Source: an uncultured Rickettsiales bacterium
GTDB lineage: Bacteria > Pseudomonadota > Alphaproteobacteria > Rickettsiales > RGZB01
DNA: 64,000 bases
Direction: 5' to 3'
NCBI GenBank assembly: GCA_964467255.1
Contig: CAYXPR010000004.1
Span: forward strand, 66,063-130,062
Shown here: in pieces, positions 44,271-54,205 of the stretch
How the letters are laid out: each line of letters opens with the position of its first letter
How positions within the stretch are numbered: the first letter of the stretch is position 1
Notes under the pieces: generated by a model
Databases searched by the model: none
Seen by the model: only the letters and a program-made list of their open reading frames with translations
What the model was told of the DNA's origin: nothing
Position numbers and translations under genes: made by a program

Positions 44271-45101
44271 ATGCTTTCCACCGCCATTATCGTATTCCGC
44301 GAGATATTTGAAATCGCCATCATCTTAAGTGTGGTGCTGGCGGCTACGCGCGGCCTTGCGGGGCGGTGGAAGTGGGTGGGCCTTGGTATTGGCGTTGGCG
44401 CTGTGGGCTCGGGCCTTGTTGCCTTTTTCGCGGGTGAAATTGCTGATGCTGCCGAAGGCATGGGGCAGGAAATTTTCAACGCGGGCGTGCTGTTTGCCGC
44501 TGCCGCCGTGATTGGCTGGACCGTGGTGTGGATGAAGCGCCATGCGAGGGAGCTGACGGCACACTTAAAGAAGGTGGGCGCCGCGGTGGTGGATGGGGAA
44601 TTGCCGCTCTATTCGGTGACGGTGGTAATTGCACTTGCCGTGCTGCGCGAGGGTTCAGAAATCGTGCTTTTAACCTATGGGCTTGCTGCCGCAGGTAAAT
44701 CAATCGTATCCATTGCTATTGGCGGCGCGGTAGGCGCGGTGGGTGGTGTTATTGCCGGCGCCCTGTTCTATTATGGTATTTTAAAGGTTTCGACCAAGCA
44801 CCTGTTCACGGTTACCAGCGCGCTTTTAGTGCTGCTGGCATCCAGCATGGCAGCCCAAGGCACGGTGTTTTTGGTGGCAGCCGACAAACTACCCGCGCTG
44901 GCAGACCCGCTGTGGGATAGCTCGGCGATTTTGTCGCAAAACAGCGTTTTGGGGCAAATTTTGCACGCCCTGATTGGTTATAGCGACCAGCCGCTTGGGA
45001 TGCAGGTGCTGGTGTTTGCCGTGGTGCTGGGGGTGATGACCCTAAGCCTGAAGCTGGCAGGCCAGCCCCCGAAAACCGCAGAAAAACCTGCTAAATCCTA
45101 A
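44271..45101 (+). CDS. FTR1-family high-affinity iron permease
   Basis: Seven TM segments with two RExxE motifs (FREIFEIA, LREGSEIV). Confidence 0.85.
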   Translation: MLSTAIIVFREIFEIAIILSVVLAATRGLAGRWKWVGLGIGVGAVGSGLVAFFAGEIADAAEGMGQEIFNAGVLFAAAAVIGWTVVWMKRHARELTAHLKKVGAAVVDGELPLYSVTVVIALAVLREGSEIVLLTYGLAAAGKSIVSIAIGGAVGAVGGVIAGALFYYGILKVSTKHLFTVTSALLVLLASSMAAQGTVFLVAADKLPALADPLWDSSAILSQNSVLGQILHALIGYSDQPLGMQVLVFAVVLGVMTLSLKLAGQPPKTAEKPAKS

Positions 45102-45252
45102 GATTTTAGCTGCACAAGGCATATTTTGCTGGCAAATGCCCGCAAAATAGGGTAAAAGCCGCGCCACAACTCCCCAGAGGAATGTGTTTAAAATCGGTGC
45201 TGGTATTTTCAGCGCCCCAACTTTTTTAGGCCTAAAGCCTGACAGGATTTTT

Positions 45253-47076
45253 ATGGAACTTCGTAATATTGCCATCATCGCGCACGTGGACCATGGCAAA
45301 ACCACATTGATTGACGCCATGCTTCGTCAGAGCGGCACGTTCCGCTCGAACCAGCAGGTGGCAGAGCGCGTGATGGATTCGAACGATATCGAACGCGAAC
45401 GCGGGATTACGATTCTGGCCAAATGCACGGCGCTGAACTGGAAGAACACGAAAATCAACATCATCGACACGCCCGGCCACGCCGACTTTGGTGGCGAAGT
45501 GGAACGTGTATTAAGCATGGTGGATGGCGTGCTCTTGCTGGTGGATGCCGCTGAAGGCCCGATGCCACAAACGAAATTCGTGCTGGCAAAAGCCCTTGCA
45601 CAGGGCCTGCGCCCTATCGTAATCATCAATAAAATTGACCGTTCCGACGCCCGTCAGGAAGAAGTGCTGGATGAAGTATTTGACCTGTTCGTGGCACTCG
45701 ATGCGAACGAAGACCAGCTTGACTTCCCAGTGCTATACGCCTCAGGCCGTAGCGGCTGGGCCGTGGAAAATCTGGAAAAAGATGCCCGCGAAAACCTGCA
45801 CTGCCTGTTTGACCGCGTTGTGGCGCACGTGAAGCCGCCGAATGTAGATAAAACGGCACCGTTTGCGATGCTTTCTACCATCTTAGATGCCGATAACTTC
45901 CTTGGCCGTATTCTGACCGGTAAAGTATATAGCGGCGTGATTAAAGTGAACCAGCCGATTAAAGCGATGCACCTTGATGGTACGGTAGTAGAAGTAGGCC
46001 GCGCGACGAAACTGATGACGTTCCATGGTGTGGAACGCGTGCCAGTGGAAGAAGCGCAGGCAGGTGATATTATCGCGATTGCAGGCTTGGTGAATGCCAG
46101 CGTGGCCGACACGATTTGCGCGCCGGAAGCAACAACGCCGATTAAGGCGACGCCGATTGATCCGCCAACCATGGCCGTGACCATCAGCGTGAACGATTCG
46201 CCGCTTGCAGGCCAAGAAGGCAGCAAAGTGACGAGCCGCATGATTCGCGAACGTCTGTTCAAAGAAGCCGAAATCAACGTGGCAATCCGCGTGACGGAAA
46301 ATGCCGGTAAAGACGCACTCGAAGTGGGTGGTCGTGGCGAATTGCAGCTGGGCGTGTTGATTGAAAACATGCGCCGCGAAGGGTTTGAACTTTCTGTTTC
46401 CCGCCCGCGCGTGCTGTATAAAAACGACGAAAACGGCAACAAGCTGGAACCAGCAGAAGAAGTACAGTGCGACGTGGATGAAGAATTCTCCGGCGTTGTG
46501 GTGGAAAAACTCTCTAAGCGCAAAGGTGAGCTGCTTGAGATGCGTCCATCCGGCGGCGGTAAGCTGCGCCTCAAATTCATTGTGCCTTCACGCGGGTTGA
46601 TTGGGTATCAGGGTGAGTTCCTGACCGATACGCGCGGTACGGGCATTATGAGCCGCTTGTTCTATGGCTATATTCCATTTAAGGGCGAAGTGGGCGGCCG
46701 TATCAGCGGTGTGCTTATTTCCCAAGAAAAGGGCGAAGCCGTGGCCTATGCGCTGTGGAACCTTGAAGAACGTGGTTTCATGTTCATTCATCCGGGCACG
46801 AAAGTGTACCCTGGCATGATTATCGGCCAGCATAGCCGCGACAACGACCTTGAAGTGAACCCGCTGAAAGGCAAGCAGCTGACGAACATTCGTACCACCG
46901 CTGCCGATGAAGCGATTCGCCTCACGCCGCCGCGTACCTTCTCGCTGGAAGAAGCGATTTCGTACATCGGTGAAGACGAGCTGGTGGAAGTGACGCCGCA
47001 ATCCATCCGCGTCCGCAAGAAATTGCTAGACGCGAATGAACGCAAGCGCGCAAGCCGCCAAGCTGCCAGCGCTTAA
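45253..47076 (+). CDS. typA: translational GTPase TypA/BipA
   Basis: Start re-set to [41 protein letters not shown]-like domains. Confidence 0.95.
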   Translation: MELRNIAIIAHVDHGKTTLIDAMLRQSGTFRSNQQVAERVMDSNDIERERGITILAKCTALNWKNTKINIIDTPGHADFGGEVERVLSMVDGVLLLVDAAEGPMPQTKFVLAKALAQGLRPIVIINKIDRSDARQEEVLDEVFDLFVALDANEDQLDFPVLYASGRSGWAVENLEKDARENLHCLFDRVVAHVKPPNVDKTAPFAMLSTILDADNFLGRILTGKVYSGVIKVNQPIKAMHLDGTVVEVGRATKLMTFHGVERVPVEEAQAGDIIAIAGLVNASVADTICAPEATTPIKATPIDPPTMAVTISVNDSPLAGQEGSKVTSRMIRERLFKEAEINVAIRVTENAGKDALEVGGRGELQLGVLIENMRREGFELSVSRPRVLYKNDENGNKLEPAEEVQCDVDEEFSGVVVEKLSKRKGELLEMRPSGGGKLRLKFIVPSRGLIGYQGEFLTDTRGTGIMSRLFYGYIPFKGEVGGRISGVLISQEKGEAVAYALWNLEERGFMFIHPGTKVYPGMIIGQHSRDNDLEVNPLKGKQLTNIRTTAADEAIRLTPPRTFSLEEAISYIGEDELVEVTPQSIRVRKKLLDANERKRASRQAASA

Positions 47077-47114
47077 ATCTCTCTCGCATTAAACGATGCG
47101 CGGCGATACACTGC

Positions 47115-48392
47115 TTGAAGTGTATGGCACGAAAACGCGCGGCAAAAAAACCGACCTTTAAAGAAGCGAGCCTTTTCTGGGGCAAGCTCGGCTGCATCAG
47201 CTTTGGTGGGCCGGCAGGGCAAATCAGTATCATGCACAGCGAAATGGTCGAACACCGCAAATGGGTGAGCGAAGACGACTACATGCACGGGCTAAATTAT
47301 TGCATGCTGCTGCCCGGGCCTGAAGCCCAGCAACTGGCGACTTATATCGGTTGGCGCTTACATGGCCTAAAAGGCGCACTCGTGGCGGGCGGATTATTCG
47401 TGCTGCCATCCTATTTCCTTTTTCTGCTTCTTGGCTGGCTGTATATGGCGCATCAGAGCGCCGGGCCTGTGATGGCATTTTTTGAAGGGGTGAAGCCTGC
47501 GGTGGTGGCGATTATTTTTTACGCCATGTTCAAAATCGGCAAGAAAGTGATGAAGACACGCATCCATTATGGCCTTGCAACAATAGCGCTGTTTGGCGTG
47601 GGGCTGCTGAACATTTCATTCTTGTGGGTGGTCGCGCTGGGTATGTTTGCCGGATGGCTACAACACACAAAAAGCGGTGCCAAAAATACATGGCCGAAAG
47701 TAAGCCATACGGCGTTACGCCGCGCAGGGAAAATATTGCTGGTGGGTGCTGCGCTTGGCGCTGCCGTGATGGCGGCAGTGTTTGCGTTGTTCTCCGGCAC
47801 GAGTGCCTTTGCGCATATGGCAGTGTTCTTTACCAAAGCAGCGTTGGTGACTTTTGGCGGGGCCTATGCGGTGCTGCCCTATGTGTTTCAGCAAGCGGTG
47901 GAGCATTACCAGTGGCTGACACTGCCGCAGATGATGGATGGGCTGGCGCTGGGTGAAACCACACCGGGCCCGTTGGTGATGATTGTGGCCTTCATTAGTT
48001 TTGTTGGTGGCTGGAATTATGCGGAGGCGATAAACATGACGCCATTAATGGGCGGGGCGATTGGCGCAAGCATCGCGACATTTTTTACTTTCCTGCCGAG
48101 CTTTATTTTTATTCTGATGGGCGGGCCGATGATTCAGCATCTCGGGAAAATTCCGGTGGTCACAAAAATGCTATCCTACATTACGGCGGCAGTGGTCGGC
48201 ACGGTGGCCTATCTCGCTTTATTTGCAGCGTGGCACATGTTTGTGCCGCAGCAAACATTCGCATCGTTAAGCATTAGTAATGTGCTACTGGCCATCGCCT
48301 ATGGCGTGCTGCTGGTGCGGTTTCATGTTAGTATGCCGCTGCTGGTGCTGGCTGCAGGCGCTGTGGGTCTTGTGCAGTATTTTATTTTTTAA
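47115..48392 (+). CDS. chrA: chromate transporter ChrA (two CHR domains)
   Basis: GCISFGGPAGQISIMH and TFGGAYAVLPY duplicated CHR motifs; ~12 TM segments. The track start is TTG; the first ATG is at 47124. Confidence 0.85.
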   Translation: MKCMARKRAAKKPTFKEASLFWGKLGCISFGGPAGQISIMHSEMVEHRKWVSEDDYMHGLNYCMLLPGPEAQQLATYIGWRLHGLKGALVAGGLFVLPSYFLFLLLGWLYMAHQSAGPVMAFFEGVKPAVVAIIFYAMFKIGKKVMKTRIHYGLATIALFGVGLLNISFLWVVALGMFAGWLQHTKSGAKNTWPKVSHTALRRAGKILLVGAALGAAVMAAVFALFSGTSAFAHMAVFFTKAALVTFGGAYAVLPYVFQQAVEHYQWLTLPQMMDGLALGETTPGPLVMIVAFISFVGGWNYAEAINMTPLMGGAIGASIATFFTFLPSFIFILMGGPMIQHLGKIPVVTKMLSYITAAVVGTVAYLALFAAWHMFVPQQTFASLSISNVLLAIAYGVLLVRFHVSMPLLVLAAGAVGLVQYFIF

Positions 48393-49656
48393 AGACAGCG
48401 ACGGTCTCGAGATGCTGCGACCATAAAAACTGGTCAATCGGCACGGCTTTTTCAAGCGTATAACCTGCGTCGTTTAGATAAGCGGCATCGCGCGCAAAGG
48501 TGGCGGGGTTGCACGATACCATCACCACGCACTTTACATTACTTTTCGCAATTTCTTTTGTTTGCGCAGCAGCACCAATGCGCGGCGGGTTTATCAGCAC
48601 ACCATCGGCTTTGGTAAGTTCTGCTGCCAGCACGGGCTGCTTCATTAAATCGCGCACTATGGCACGCAGGGGCAACTGAGATTTTTTCGCCGCCTTACCT
48701 AAACATTCCACCATGCTGCCCACACCTTCATAAGCAGTGACTTGTACACGCTGCTGTGCCAGCGGCACACTGTATGTGCCAAGGCCGCAAAAAAACTCTA
48801 CGACGTGTGTGCACGACTTCAGGGCTTCCATAAGAATGGATAGAATCGCCTGTTCGCCTTCAAGGCTTGCTTGCAAAAACGCGCCTTGCGGCAAGGGCAC
48901 TTCGACATCGCCAAAACGTGCAGTGAGCGGTGAGGTCTCTACAATGGGTGTGAATTTCTTTTCGCTCTGCCAGTGCAGGCAGGCGAGTGCATGTTCGCGC
49001 GCAAAGGCAGCAAGCACTTCCAAAGCAGAAAAGACAGGTTCTTTTTTGCTGTGTAGTGTGAGCGCCGCGCCGTTATGTGTGAGTGCAAGCGAAATGCTTT
49101 GTAAATGCTCGCGGCCTTCCAGCGCCTGAACCAGCGCACGCAGCGGCTGCAATAAATCATTCAGAACTGGGGTGAGTACAAGGCAGTGTTTGATAGGCAC
49201 GACGCGGTGGCTTTGCGGCGCATAAAAACCAAGGTCGGTCTTTCCGTTCTCGGTGTGGATGTGCAGCGTGGCACGCCGACGTGTGGCAGGCGGCAGGGTG
49301 ATGAGGGGGCTAACAAGCGCTGCATCAAAACCGGCTTGGGTGACAGCATCGGTGAGGCGCTTTTGTTTAAACGCGATATATTCTGGCTCTTGCAGATGTT
49401 GCAGCAAACACCCGCCGCAATCCGCAAAATGCGTGCAGGGCGGTGTGCGCCGTGCAGGTGAGGGGGTGAGGATTTCATCCGGCAGGGCTTTCAACACACC
49501 GGAGGATTCCCCCGTGACGGTGGCACGCACCACGTCACCCGCGCAGGTGAAGGGCACGCACACGGACTGGCCGTTTACCTCGCCCATGCCGTCCCCCAGC
49601 CCGCCAAGGCGGGTGATGGTGATGTCGGCCTGATATGGAAACGATGATTTTCGCAT
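48382..49656 (-). CDS. RumA/RlmD-family RNA (uracil-5)-methyltransferase
   Basis: Start re-set to MRKSSFPYQ (ATG 49656), removing a 108-codon extension that overlapped the divergent gene. TRAM-like N-terminus, Fe-S Cys cluster CTHFADCGGC, VMVSCNPATFARD. Confidence 0.85.
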   Translation of the reverse strand: MRKSSFPYQADITITRLGGLGDGMGEVNGQSVCVPFTCAGDVVRATVTGESSGVLKALPDEILTPSPARRTPPCTHFADCGGCLLQHLQEPEYIAFKQKRLTDAVTQAGFDAALVSPLITLPPATRRRATLHIHTENGKTDLGFYAPQSHRVVPIKHCLVLTPVLNDLLQPLRALVQALEGREHLQSISLALTHNGAALTLHSKKEPVFSALEVLAAFAREHALACLHWQSEKKFTPIVETSPLTARFGDVEVPLPQGAFLQASLEGEQAILSILMEALKSCTHVVEFFCGLGTYSVPLAQQRVQVTAYEGVGSMVECLGKAAKKSQLPLRAIVRDLMKQPVLAAELTKADGVLINPPRIGAAAQTKEIAKSNVKCVVMVSCNPATFARDAAYLNDAGYTLEKAVPIDQFLWSQHLETVAVFKK

Positions 49657-49731
49657 GGGTAAGCTATAAACCTTGCAACGGTATTTGCCAACAGCAAGGC
49701 GCCAAGGCATAGTAAATAACAAGGAGTGACG

Positions 49732-51207
49732 ATGAGCTTTGCAAGCCTGAACAATATTAAGGCGCGCCTGTTTATACAGGGCGACCTGATTATTTATGGT
49801 TATGGCGGATTCTACCAGCAACCCAAAGGCTGGGGGATGGATCTTGCCTATTTCCGCCGCAGTGATTTTAAAGGCCCATTCGCCCGCAAAAACATCGAAA
49901 ATTACATTCAAGGGCGGGTGCAGGCGTTGGTGAAGAGCGGCTTGGCGCATGAACAGTTCTTGCCGCGCTTCATGGCGCATTTAATGCATGTGTGCATGCA
50001 TGAATGGCATTATGAACAGGCGCGCGTGCTGTTTGAATTTGCCCGCATGAAAATTCCCGCGTTCAAACGTTACGATGATTTTAATCAGTTTGCCGGTGAG
50101 TGCATGGGCGGCACGCAAGGCACTTCGCCTGACGCGCTGCTGGCGGTGGTGAAGGAGCGTGTGAACGCCATGGCAAACCTACCGATTGAAAAGATCATTC
50201 ATTCAAAGCGCGGGCTGATTGCCCGCCATGCGACGGACGTGCTGCGCCGTGTGCTGGAAGCGACGTTTGGCAGCACTGACGGCACCTATATTTTTAATAA
50301 AGTGAAGGATGAGGGCGGTGCCGATATCAGCCTGATTATGGATGGCACGGAGCAAAATTATTTGCTGAGCAAAGCGTTTTACACGCAGATTCAGGATTTT
50401 TATGCCAAGCGCATGAAAGCCTATACAGAGCCTGCGTATGTTCATGAGGCGCTGCGCACACTGAAGGTAGAAAAAAACCCCGACAAACGCATTAAGCGTG
50501 CGCGACGCGATGCGGTGCGGGGCTTTAAGGAAATACACCCTGAGCTGCGTGCGTTGCTTGCGGTACTGCGTATGCCGATATTTATTGCGGTAGATGATAA
50601 CGCCAATTTCTTCCGCAATTTCTTCAACACGATTCCGCTCTTTGTTGCCAAGGGCATGGATGAGCTACAGGAATATTTGGTGTTTGGTTTGTGCATGTAT
50701 CAACCTGCCTATCAGGGCGGCTTGATTGTGACGCATGGTGGCAGAAGTTATTCGCGCTTCTGGCACACGCTGGTGGAAGAAACCATGCATCTTTCCGATG
50801 GACCTACCGACCGCATGACGTTGGCGGGCCATCATCGTTATTCCGGCAAGAAAGCGTTTCGCGTAGCCTACGAACAAGATAAGGCGCTGAACCCGCCCTG
50901 GGCCAGCAACAATGTGCTGGGGCCGAAGGAGTGGGCGCAGTCGATGACGTTGAAAAGATTCAGCAGCTTGCGGGCGGCCTACATCAAAAAACGCGTGGAA
51001 AAATTTGAAGCCACGATGGATTTTGAACATTATCGCCCGCGTGAGCGCGACGCTGAAGTGTTCGCCGCCCTTGCAATTGTGGAGCGTGCCGTGGGCCCGC
51101 GCGTGATGAAAAAAATTATGCCGAACCTGTTTGCCTATTACACGCAGGACTACATGCAAGGCCTGCGTAGCGAGGTAGATTTCCTCAAAGACAAAGTGAA
51201 ATCTTAA
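49732..51207 (+). CDS. hypothetical protein, no recognised domain
   Basis: 491 aa from ATG 49732 (AAGGAG SD, 5-nt spacing). Soluble, with no TM segment or signal peptide and no motif I can assign. Confidence 0.6.
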   Translation: MSFASLNNIKARLFIQGDLIIYGYGGFYQQPKGWGMDLAYFRRSDFKGPFARKNIENYIQGRVQALVKSGLAHEQFLPRFMAHLMHVCMHEWHYEQARVLFEFARMKIPAFKRYDDFNQFAGECMGGTQGTSPDALLAVVKERVNAMANLPIEKIIHSKRGLIARHATDVLRRVLEATFGSTDGTYIFNKVKDEGGADISLIMDGTEQNYLLSKAFYTQIQDFYAKRMKAYTEPAYVHEALRTLKVEKNPDKRIKRARRDAVRGFKEIHPELRALLAVLRMPIFIAVDDNANFFRNFFNTIPLFVAKGMDELQEYLVFGLCMYQPAYQGGLIVTHGGRSYSRFWHTLVEETMHLSDGPTDRMTLAGHHRYSGKKAFRVAYEQDKALNPPWASNNVLGPKEWAQSMTLKRFSSLRAAYIKKRVEKFEATMDFEHYRPRERDAEVFAALAIVERAVGPRVMKKIMPNLFAYYTQDYMQGLRSEVDFLKDKVKS

Positions 51208-51911
51208 GCTTCAGTTGCCAAATCAAAGAACAGAATTTCTACGTCGCTTTTTGCTGTGAGCTTCGGATTGCTCTCTTCCGTGAGGGCAACGCCATCACCC
51301 GCTGAAAGCGAGAGTGTACCGAGTGTGGCCGTGCCGCTCGCTACCTGCAACCACGCCTGCCGATTTTTTTTCAGCGGCAGAGAAACAGAATTTCCTGCGG
51401 TGAAAATGCCGGCATAGATGCGCGCGTCCTGATGAATGGGAAGGGCGCCATTTTTACCATCCGGCGCGGCCATCAGGTGCAGCGTGTTTTTTTCTTCCAC
51501 AACCGGAAAGCTTTTATCCACATAGGAGGGGTCTAGTGATTTTTCCTGCGGATAAATCCAGACTTGCAGCAGATGCAGCGGTTCGGTTTTAGATGCGTTG
51601 TATTCGCTGTGGCGAATGCCGCGACCCGCACTCATGAGTTGCACGGTGCCGTGCTTCAGTACACCTTCGTTACCGAGGCTGTCTGTATGGCGGAGCTGGC
51701 CTTCCAGCACATAGGTAAAAATCTCCATATCGCGGTGGCCGTGAGGGTCAAATCCTGCGGCGGGAATGACGCGGTCTTCGTTGATGACGCGGAGCGCACC
51801 AAAACCCATGCGGCTTTCATCGTGATATTCGCCGAACGAGAAGCTGTACGTGGCATCAAGCCAAGGGAAGCGGGCATGGCCGCGTGTATTACTGGGATAG
51901 AGTGTAAGCAT
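51204..51911 (-). CDS. pirin-family protein
   Basis: RGHARFPWLDATYSFSFGEY...GFDPHGHRDMEIFTYVLEG...HSEYN bicupin signature. Confidence 0.9.
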   Translation of the reverse strand: MLTLYPSNTRGHARFPWLDATYSFSFGEYHDESRMGFGALRVINEDRVIPAAGFDPHGHRDMEIFTYVLEGQLRHTDSLGNEGVLKHGTVQLMSAGRGIRHSEYNASKTEPLHLLQVWIYPQEKSLDPSYVDKSFPVVEEKNTLHLMAAPDGKNGALPIHQDARIYAGIFTAGNSVSLPLKKNRQAWLQVASGTATLGTLSLSAGDGVALTEESNPKLTAKSDVEILFFDLATEA

Positions 51912-51954
51912 AAATATTATCCGTTACGTGTTGCTATAGACCCATTGTAATTAT

Positions 51955-51986
51955 CTATTAATAGTTGACAATAAATTAAAATCAAC
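51955..51986. promoter_or_regulatory. palindromic operator candidates in the pirin/LysR divergent intergenic region
   Basis: Perfect 10-bp palindrome CTATTAATAG (51955-64) abutting GTTGA-N13-TCAAC (51964-86). Confidence 0.3.
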
Positions 51987-52024
51987 AATACTGTTTCATA
52001 ATAAGCAACAAACAGGGGCGCGGT

Positions 52025-52939
52025 ATGGACAGGCTTTTTTGCATGAAGATATTCGTGGAAGTAGCAAATAGCGGCAGCTTTTCCGGTGCCGCGCGCAAAC
52101 TGAAGCTTTCGAAAGCCTCGGCCAGCAAATATATCAGCGCGCTGGAAGAAAGCTTGAAGGTGCAGCTGTTACACCGCACGACCCGCCGCGTGAGCCTGAC
52201 GGAAGAAGGGAAAATTTTCTTCGAGCATAGCCAGCGTATTTTAGAAGATATGGCGGAGGCCGAGGAATCGCTGAATCGCCGCGGCAGCACACCCAGTGGC
52301 CTGCTGCGCGTGAATGCGCCCCTGACCTTCTCCCTATTGCATTTAAAGCCCATCCTACCGGAGTTTGTGCGCCGTTACCCCGATGTGACGCTGGAACTGG
52401 AAATGGATGACCGCCGCGTGGATGTAGTGCGCGAGGGGTATGACGTGGTGGTGCGTATCGGCAGCACCATGCCAGACTCATCGCTGGTGGCAAAAAAACT
52501 TGCCGTTTCAGAAATGTTGCCCGTGGCCGCACCCAGTTACCTAAAAGCACGTGGTATTCCGAAAAAACCGGATGATTTGAAAGCGCACGACTGCATCATT
52601 TACAGCTATGGCACCAACCGCACGACCTGGAAGTTTCTGGATAAAGCCGGCAAGCTGCAACAGGTGGAAGTGCCGGGGAAATTATGGCTGAATAACGGTG
52701 AGATGATTCGCCACATGGTGAAAGAAGGCATGGGCATTGCCATGCTGCCCGCCTTTATAGTGGGCAGTAATCTGCAAAACGGTAGTGTGGTGCGCGTGCT
52801 GGAGCATTATACGGTGCCCGACCTTAACATTTATGCGGTCTATCCGGAGCGGCGGTATCTATCTGGTAAGGTAAGGGTATTTATTGATTTCCTCGCCAGC
52901 AAACTCGGCCCACGGCCTGCGTGGGACCTCGTGGCCTAG
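52025..52939 (+). CDS. LysR-family transcriptional regulator
   Basis: N-terminal wHTH (FVEVANSGSFSGAARKLKLSKASASKYISALEESL) plus a LysR substrate-binding domain. Divergent from pirin. Confidence 0.92.
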   Translation: MDRLFCMKIFVEVANSGSFSGAARKLKLSKASASKYISALEESLKVQLLHRTTRRVSLTEEGKIFFEHSQRILEDMAEAEESLNRRGSTPSGLLRVNAPLTFSLLHLKPILPEFVRRYPDVTLELEMDDRRVDVVREGYDVVVRIGSTMPDSSLVAKKLAVSEMLPVAAPSYLKARGIPKKPDDLKAHDCIIYSYGTNRTTWKFLDKAGKLQQVEVPGKLWLNNGEMIRHMVKEGMGIAMLPAFIVGSNLQNGSVVRVLEHYTVPDLNIYAVYPERRYLSGKVRVFIDFLASKLGPRPAWDLVA

Positions 52940-53182
52940 GCGCCAAACACCTCTTTAAAACCCACAGAAACACAGGTTTTTTCTGTAAATCGTTGCTGCA
53001 CTGCAGCAGGAAACTGGCTGTCAGCGCCAAAAAGGGCTCAATAACAGGCCTTAAGACCCTTGTGCGCATGCAGCATAAAAATGACCTTAACTTATTGATT
53101 TTAAAGGGTAAATATAGTATATTAACAAATGAAGGCAGAGCTGTGTGTATGGCAATGCCAAATACTTTTAGGAGGTTGTGGT

Positions 53183-53392
53183 ATGACTATTAATTATAAA
53201 GATTGGAACATGAAAAACTTAGGCCATTTATTGGTGCTTGGTTTTGTGTTTACGGTGATCATTGCGGTGATTCACATGTTTATTTCTCCGCTTTTGACGC
53301 TTGTATTGCCGACCGTGTTTACGACCGGCCTGTCACTGACGGACACCTTACTGTTCCTGCTTCTGATTACCCAGATGGTAAAGAAGATATAA
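53183..53392 (+). CDS. small hydrophobic protein (69 aa, two predicted TM segments)
   Basis: Strong SD TAGGAGG 7 nt before ATG 53183. LLVLGFVFTVIIAVIHMFI and LSLTDTLLFLLLI segments. Followed by a strong terminator. Low GC. Confidence 0.5.
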   Translation: MTINYKDWNMKNLGHLLVLGFVFTVIIAVIHMFISPLLTLVLPTVFTTGLSLTDTLLFLLLITQMVKKI

Positions 53393-53434
53393 GTAAGGTC
53401 TTAAGCAACAGCTTCTAACAGAGCTGTAATGACG

Positions 53435-53466
53435 CCCGCCCCGCCTAAAAAGCGGGGCGGGTTTTT
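53435..53466 (+). terminator. rho-independent terminator
   Basis: cccgccccgc-ctaaaaa-gcggggcggg followed by ttttt. Confidence 0.85.
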
Positions 53467-53478
53467 CATGCGTACTTT

Positions 53479-53880
53479 TTAGTAAGAATGGAATAATAAC
53501 AGGTTCTCGACGTCACTATTGTCGGAGCGTCCATCAATCGGCGCATATTGCACATGCCCGCGTGCAAACATACAGTCATTGAGTAATTCACCAATTGCTT
53601 GTTCGCGCATGGATTCGTGCACGAATTGCGAACGGTGGCGTGCTACCTGCAGGCATTGCATATAATCATTGCCATAGAAATTGCCTGCCGTACCGCCGGG
53701 CTGTTGTTGGGGCTGGGCAGGTTGTGCCGGTGCTGCTTTTGTGGGTGCGGTGGGCGCGGGTTTTTGAGGTGCGGGCGGCGCAAAATTCTGAGTGTGAGCA
53801 GCACCGGGCGCGGCCAGGCTGAACGCAAGCCCCACAAAAAAGATGACGATGAGCCGAAGATGGTACAAGTGGTTCCTCAA
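53479..53880 (-). CDS. hypothetical secreted protein with Pro/Ala/Gln-rich linker
   Basis: TTG start, signal-like LIVIFFVGLAFSLAAPGAA, then PPAPQKPAPTAPTKAAPAQPAQPQQQP and a ~70-aa C-terminal region with 2 Cys. No clear SD. Confidence 0.4.
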   Translation of the reverse strand: MRNHLYHLRLIVIFFVGLAFSLAAPGAAHTQNFAPPAPQKPAPTAPTKAAPAQPAQPQQQPGGTAGNFYGNDYMQCLQVARHRSQFVHESMREQAIGELLNDCMFARGHVQYAPIDGRSDNSDVENLLLFHSY

Positions 53881-53932
53881 AATAAGTGGACGACCATCAT
53901 ACAGGAACCCACACGCCGCAGGCTAGCGCATA

Positions 53933-54130
53933 TTACAGATGCGCTTTATGCGCCAATTTGCGGCGGCGCACCATGAGCGCACCAGTGACAAGGAGTAAGG
54001 GCATGGAGAGATACTGAACGATGACTATGCCATGCGGCCATGCGTGCAGCGGTGTATAGACATAGGCCAAATTGAACACGGCGGCTGCGATGTGCAAAAA
54101 GCGGATAATGGTGATGGCAGAAATATTCAT
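53933..54130 (-). CDS. small membrane protein (65 aa, two TM segments)
   Basis: AAGGGG SD 5-6 nt before the ATG. Hydrophobic segments IIRFLHIAAAVFNLAYVY and MPLLLVTGALMV. 75 bp downstream of the ATPase on the same strand. Confidence 0.4.
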   Translation of the reverse strand: MNISAITIIRFLHIAAAVFNLAYVYTPLHAWPHGIVIVQYLSMPLLLVTGALMVRRRKLAHKAHL

Positions 54131-54205
54131 GGTCGCCCCTTAGTTTAGAGATGCGGACTTTCTACCACTATCAGCGGCACCTGAAATTGATAAGTATCAA
54201 ATGAC

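Noticed and set aside
49657-49980. 108-codon N-terminal extension of the RNA methyltransferase ORF overlapping the divergent 491-aa gene. Similar extensions occur on hisC, parA-like, nadC, the M48 protease, aceB, typA, ferredoxin, the cinA-like gene, the yfgM-like gene and others.
   Set aside because: Internal ATG codons preceded by SD sequences give proteins of canonical length and remove the gene overlaps. The extensions have no homology-like features.
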